From Balanoglossus misakiensis (Eukaryota; Animalia; Hemichordata), in the NCBI GenBank assembly GCA_040954595.2, contig CM082583.2:7500849-7564848 (forward strand): a DNA stretch of 64,000 bases, in the 5' to 3' direction. Position numbers and translations under genes: made by a program. The notes beneath the pieces are model-generated. The model searched no databases, was not told the DNA's origin, and saw nothing but the letters and a program-made list of their open reading frames with translations. Every line of letters starts with the position of its first letter. Position 1 is the stretch's first letter. Shown here piece by piece: positions 58,064 through 64,000 of the stretch.

Positions 58064-60666
58064 AGATGCAAAGCCAGTTATCATTTGACTGTCTCTGTAG
58101 ATTTTGTCAAATGGGTAAAAAAAAACAACAAGTGAAAATCGTGATGATTTCACCAGCGTCATCGTCAGAGTAACATGATTTTGAAACTAGTGTTCAAACC
58201 TGTCAATTATTTTGTCATCCATTAAATTGACCAATCAGAGTGCAGTAGAGGATAAACATCCTGTTTTATGACCATTTGACCCAAGTGAGCACAATAATTC
58301 TTCTCAATCACTGAGAAATGTCACTCTTAAGTAACTAAGATTTAAAAATAAGGATTTAAAAAATTCTTATGGATCATAAAGGAGTTATACAAATGTAAAA
58401 ATACAGAAAATATTACCTGCCTAGAGACATAAACCTAACATGGTTAGTCAGGGCATGTATTATGAAAATTGTAATTATTCAATTTAAAGAGAATGGTATA
58501 TCAAAGTGTGCTACTCATAAGTGCAATGACATTAAATTGAATCTAAAATAGAATTCCATCTGCAAGGAAGATCAGTATTTACAATGATGTGATTAATGGT
58601 ACTAAATTTACAATATTAAAGTTATATTGGGAGTATAGAATAATGAACCAATTCAAATTGAGGGTATCTATGGAGGTGATTAGACAAATTGAAACTGGTA
58701 AGAACAATTATATTTTACTTGGCTCTCGTGTGAAATGTTTTGATTTGCTGGATCTCAATTATCCATGGATCCCTATAGTATTCAAAATGTGCATGGCTAT
58801 AAATTATGTGACTGCTGCCTTTTAAAACAAAATGCTGCCCAGAATTTCTTCAGGTTTGTTGTTGGGAAATTATATTTTCAAATCAAAATAATGTGCAACT
58901 TGTTGATATTCAAAAAAAAGCTCACGTTTATCACAAAAGAGATGATTTTCAGTGCAATGATACAACTCAATGAAGTAAAAATGTTATGTGCTATAAATAA
59001 TATTTATATTTACAGTAGGTATTCATAGTTGGTTCCCATGGTAAATCTTGGTGTGACCCTGTTCATACTGATTCGTGGGAAAAGTCCAGTTTATCTACCT
59101 CAGCAATGTTGTAAAATTGTATCAAACCTCGAAACAATAACTATAACTAGGTACTGCTGATATTTAAATGATTGTCACTCCAAATCCTGTCTGCAGATGT
59201 GAAACAAGCAAATTATCACAGCTGTTATAACCCCATCCGTGGGCATTTCCTTTAATCCTAGTCTGATTGTACCAAATACTGCTTCAAGTTTAGTATGCTA
59301 GGTGATATATTGTGATATGTTTACAATCATTTTCAAGCTTGTCTATAATCTATTTTCTGTGGTTTGTAAATTGACTGTCAAGTACATGTGCAGTATGAGT
59401 TTGGCACTATGAGTTAACTATCAGTTAATTTTGTTTCTTCCCAGAAAAAATACACAGATACTTCAATATTGCCGAAATATTTATGGACAACTGGCATTTT
59501 TTGTAGAAAAGGGGGTGTTTTGGTTCTGTTAAAAGTGTGCTTTTAAAGCTTGTATAACATATTATAATAGTGATTTAATTAACGTAACCTAAAATATATA
59601 TATTGGGAAAATGTATTTTTACAGTAAATATATAGATCTGCTTTTATGATGTCAATTATGAATAGAATTTGAGAATATTTTATTGAAAAGATGAAAATTT
59701 GGTAGACTTTCTCAATGTGCCAGTTTGCTGCCAGAATTTCAGTTATTTATTGTTGTATTATATTTTTAGATGTTTGAAGTTTTCTTTTCTGAAACTGGAT
59801 TTATTAGCTTTTGGTTTTATATTGGTAGACTGTTTACTTCTTGATTACTGATTTGATTCTGTTTACTTGCAAGTATACTGTATGGAGTTATGGTATTCAA
59901 CACTATATATATAACATGGAGTTTAGTTGTTGACCAATACATTGTGTGATTTATCTGTTTAGAGTTTACAAGCTTGATGGAAGTAATGCATGGTCACCTG
60001 GGATTTCTTGCACTAAAACAGCATGAAATAAAAATCGCAATCACACTCGTTTTCAAGTATATTGTGATTATGTCCAATGCGCGATACCATGTCTGATAGT
60101 GTGAAATTCGGCCAAATTGCACTGTCATAATAGATCATATTTATTCTGTTACCCAAACAAATATTGTCTTCTTTCCTGTTGATGGTACACAATACTTTGA
60201 CACACATTTGGACTTTAATCTTTAAAACTTTATTATTTCAGTAATAAAATCTTCAAATATACATTTTGTTAATTAGAAATACAAATCAGCAATATAGCAT
60301 TTTACAATTTAATAGAGAATTCTATATGAATGCAAAGCAGTAATACATAGATACTCTGTGCTGCGAGTGAACCAACAGCACAAATTTTAAAATGTCACAA
60401 TATTTTACTTGGCGTACACGTTATTAGTTACTTCACACAGGTATATCAAAATATTTCCTCATTGTTGCAAATAGCACACATAATTATAGATTTACATGCC
60501 TCTAAAATTTTTACCCTGGAACTTGTTCCATGGCCAAGTGCATGAATTTATACACGCTAGTGGAATAGGGCCAAAATATAAAGAAGTGACAGTGTTGGAG
60601 CATCTGCCATAAATTTTGTATATTCTGCACCTTATCTGAATGAGCTATTAGGATTACAAAAATATT

Positions 60667-62047
60667 TCAGAAAAACGTCCAGGTTTTAAACATCTTGTAA
60701 GCAAATATGCCGAGGACAAACATGGCCATCATTTTCAGAACATTGAGGTCCTCTTCACTGAAGGTCTGCATGCCAGTAGCAGGTGCACTGTGTGGTGTAG
60801 AAACTTCGGAATCTTGCCGTGTGCTGTCGACTGATCCTTCTGGCTGTGATTCCTCCTGTGGGTAAGCGGTGCTTGTAATAGACGGTGGCCCACCAGGTGG
60901 GGTGTAAGAGTCGTCTGAGGTTTCCTGATTTCTGACATTTTGCAGGCTCATCTGGTGATTATACACTTCAATGGTTGGTGGTACGGGAACTGGAGGGAAA
61001 GTTTAGAATAAATGACAGACTGTAACATTAGCAATTAAACTATGTCAATTTTTATAATATCATGGTAGCATACCTAAACATTGCAATGTACAAATATTGT
61101 AGCATTAAGTTTACTGTCCCATATTGTTATAATCTCATTAGTCTCATACAGACAGGTTGGGTTGAGTGTTCATTAGGTCAATGTCTGGGGTGGGGGATAG
61201 TAACGTGTCCTAGAACCATATGCCCAGCGCAAGATTTGTCAATGTGATCTGTACATTGTGACATTGTCTACAAATGTTACATATTGAAGATGGTTACCCA
61301 ACTCGCTCATGTCATAAATGCTTTCTATTATACATTCAAGTGAATCAACTTCCCCTTACGTGAATTGGCCGTACTCCTAGAACATGAGATGTTCATTGAC
61401 TGACAGAGCTTCCACCAGAAGTACCCCCGCTGGTGTTCCTCTGTTATGTCCAAGTGATGATATTGCTTGAATTTAGAATCAACGCTGCAGCGAGAAATGA
61501 AGACTGGGATTGCCCGGAATTGTCCCCCCTGACTGAGCATACCATGCAGGGCCACGTGACTTGCAAAACTGTTCCAGTGGGCATCGTAAAACTTTTCACA
61601 GAAAAGGATGATGCAGTGTCGGCTGTTTTCGGAAGAGCTGATGATGTTGTCTGCAATTGGTATCCCAGCAACGTGATCCCGTTCAGGCAGGCAAATGTTC
61701 AAACCCAGCTGCTCTTCAAGAACTGGTTTGAAGTGTGTCAAGACATAGCGTAGATTGCCCTCGTAGTACAGCAAATCAACGTCATATTTACCTGCAGAGA
61801 GAAAATTAGTCAACTTGAAGAAGCTTGGAAACTGATTGCTGCAGTTTTGCAGCCCCTCCGTCTCCCCTGGACGATTTTTGTTGGAAACAACAGTGAGCCT
61901 TATGATTTATATAGTGGTCCATAGTGGTATACAAATAGGCTTAGTCTTCGAACTCTCACAACCTTCCATTTTACACAACTCATGAAGAATAATTTTGATA
62001 TTTTTACATCACTTACCCCGGCACACAGAATGTGTGGAAGACGCCAT
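60667..62047 (-). CDS. TIR-domain-only protein with C-terminal hydrophobic tail anchor (~261 aa)
   Basis: Exon 62017-62047 (ACCATGG context, MASSTHSVCR), exon 61360-61791 (KYDVDLLY...LGLNICLPERDHVAGIPIADNIISSSENSRHCIILFC...FWWKL: TIR boxes 1-3) and exon 60667-60989 (S/T/P-rich linker, then VLKMMAMFVLGIFAYKMFKTWTFF*). All junctions are phase-consistent. Confidence 0.82.
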
Positions 62048-62469
62048 GGTCGACAGTGTAGGGGCAGTTCAATGTTCCAAGTCCAAACCACAATTTTTAT
62101 TTCTCCAAATTATCACTCGTAGAACAATTACGCGGCAGGCAAATAACGGACTGAAACCTGACCAGGAAATGGATTATGTAAACGATCATGTGATTAAGAA
62201 ATAAACCGTATGATGTCATATTTGTCGGAAGCAAACAATGACAAACAAACATTAACATTACTGAGTCGTGTATACTAGTATGTCGTACATTATTTATCAT
62301 GATCATGTACATATCAGATTACCACAATGAGTAGAACTCTAACTGTACTTACAGCATATACAACGTTGTACCTGTATCTTGATCAGACGGAAATATAATG
62401 TTTCGCCAAAGGAAACGGCTGTTAAACTTCAACACGGGCGCTCGAACCCTGTATCGAAATCATCATTGC

Positions 62470-62565
62470 CATAATCACGTGTGCGGAAGGGGATTCCCCC
62501 TGACGTCATGCATAGAACCCAAAGTGGGCTCTGATTGGTCAAGCTCCAGCCGCCATTTTCGACAC
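62470..62565. promoter_or_regulatory. Putative bidirectional promoter shared by the TIR gene and TUBGCP4
   Basis: E-box CACGTG at ~62477, CRE TGACGTCA at 62501-62508, reverse CCAAT at ~62534 and YY1-like CCGCCATTTT at 62550, between divergent starts 62047 and 62666. Confidence 0.55.
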
Positions 62566-62665
62566 TGGGAAAGGGGGAATACCTCCCACCATCGTGTGTA
62601 AACTTTCTCGTTTCCACAACAACCGTTGGAAATAGCTGAAGAGCCTTGTATATAAATGACTGAAA

Positions 62666-64000
62666 ATGTTGCATGAATTGCTTTTGGCGCTGAGTGGTTT
62701 CCCTGGAAGTATATTCATTTACGAAAAAACGAAAGGTATCCAGGTGAGATATAATGTACCTGCTCGATCGCGATCGAACTCTTACTTATTCTTGCCAGGC
62801 GAAATACATCTCTGCCCGGCCGGTCATAGTGTGCCAAAGCCTTCAGTTTACTTCAGTGCAGTGAATTTTACCATACTGCATGCATGTTTTCTTGTGACAG
62901 GCCACGATACCAACCAAACGCAATCCCAAAACATGAACGACATCAAAATATATAACGGGTAAAACTTGTGGTAACATGCTCCATGTTTCTAGTAACCGTG
63001 ATCTGAGCATGCTGTCTAGTCTAGACTATTTTGATGTGTCTGGCGCATCCCTGCCTCACAGAGAGCACGGGTAGAAAAACTGATCTCCTTTCAATTACAA
63101 GTTAACTTTCTATGAAGACTGCACAATTACACGGGTTATTTGAAACTGCCACACACAATACACTATACATGTACTAAGTCCATATACTTCAAGACAATAG
63201 TACATGTACATGTATATTGGTGTATTTTCAGGTGGTACGTGATTTACCATTCATACATAGAAGTGAAGTTGATCTCCTGAATAGAATTTGCCGTCTTGGC
63301 ACCTACTACAAGAAGTTTCAAGAATTCATCAAGACCTACAGGGGTACACCAACCTTGTTTGAAAACAACACAGCAAAAGGTGGGTGACAGTAATTATTCA
63401 CACAAAAAATCAAATATCACAGCTTAACCAGTACACAAACACTTTATTCATATGCATATGATCATTACTAAAGTTATTTATTTGTTATTGAAAGGGGAAC
63501 ATAATCTGAGTTTTAAACCATCCAGCATAAAAATTTTTCCTTTGAAATTGTATTTCAGTTAATGAAAACAGAAGATTGCAAGATGGTATTTACTTGAGGG
63601 GACTGTGTAGTGGGCTTGACAAAGTGTTGGAGCCCTACAGACAGGATCTATTAGATGTGGAAAGACAGGTAAACCACGCCTACAAAAAGTCTGCTCTGAG
63701 TTGAACCAGCAGTGAGAACGCGTGTGTATGTCCTGAATGTGTATATTACCAAGTGGATATAACTAAGTGTTGCTCATAGGGTTATTAGCACATTCTTTTA
63801 AAAAAGTCATTATATTTCTCCTGTCAGATTCTCCAAGATCCCCACCTCACAATTGCATTTATTCAAGAGCGCTTGGAAAAATATCAGTCCCTGTTTCCAG
63901 CCCTGGCGACTGTCCTCGATCAAATCCTGTACCACAAAGTTCATGGCTGTCACATTTTAGAAATCATTCACCGTAACGCTGCGTGTGGTCTCCCATCGTT
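62666..64000 (+). CDS. TUBGCP4: Gamma-tubulin complex component 4 (5' part; runs off window)
   Basis: MLHELLLALSGFPGSIF. Exons ~62666-62743, 63232-63379 (VVRDLPFIHRSEVDLLNRICRLGTYY), 63559-63668 (GIYLRGLCSGLDKVLEPYRQ) and 63828->64000 (QDPHLTIAFIQ...KVHGCHILE...ACGLP). Confidence 0.93.

Noticed and set aside
58064-60660. ORFs in the AT-rich region between ACER2 and the TIR gene
   Set aside because: Composition and poly(A) signals fit convergent 3' UTRs, and there are no coding features.
61360-61791. TIR as a SARM1-like NADase
   Set aside because: The catalytic Glu position appears replaced (WNSFA), and there are no SAM or ARM domains.
62429-62674. 81-aa minus-strand ORF as first coding exon of the TIR gene
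   Set aside because: It ends in a stop before the splice donor. The ATG at 62047 has better context and a phase-compatible donor.

Overview
This is eukaryotic, intron-rich genomic DNA from an animal, probably a marine invertebrate deuterostome. The taxon is my inference from gene content and cannot be fixed from this window. The left half (1-28.3 kb, minus strand) holds two tandem paralogous genes for very large secreted or cell-surface proteins. The complete copy (11649-28335) encodes, in order: a signal peptide; six diverged copies of an unrecognised ~300-aa acidic 8-Cys domain in one 5.5-kb exon; DxCGxCxG Cys-rich repeats; IPT/Ig-like and REJ-like modules; a furin site; a GPS autoproteolysis motif; a mucin stalk; ONE transmembrane helix; and a disordered tail. 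The second copy (<1-10170, truncated by the window) has a 9.4-kb first exon with six near-identical 951-bp repeats of the same domain, eleven 192-bp SWPS(D/E) repeats and a seventh domain copy. The right half holds conserved genes (CAMK4, TIPIN, DIS3L, alkaline ceramidase ACER2-like, TUBGCP4 5' part) and a small TIR-only protein with a C-terminal membrane anchor. The most interesting candidate system is the tandem pair of REJ/GPS receptor-like genes, which share conserved Cys-rich exons but have a variable, concertedly evolving repeat ectodomain. Both carry CRE motifs upstream and lie next to the CREB kinase CAMK4. Exon boundaries were read by eye from GT-AG sites and reading-frame phase; no database searches were run.
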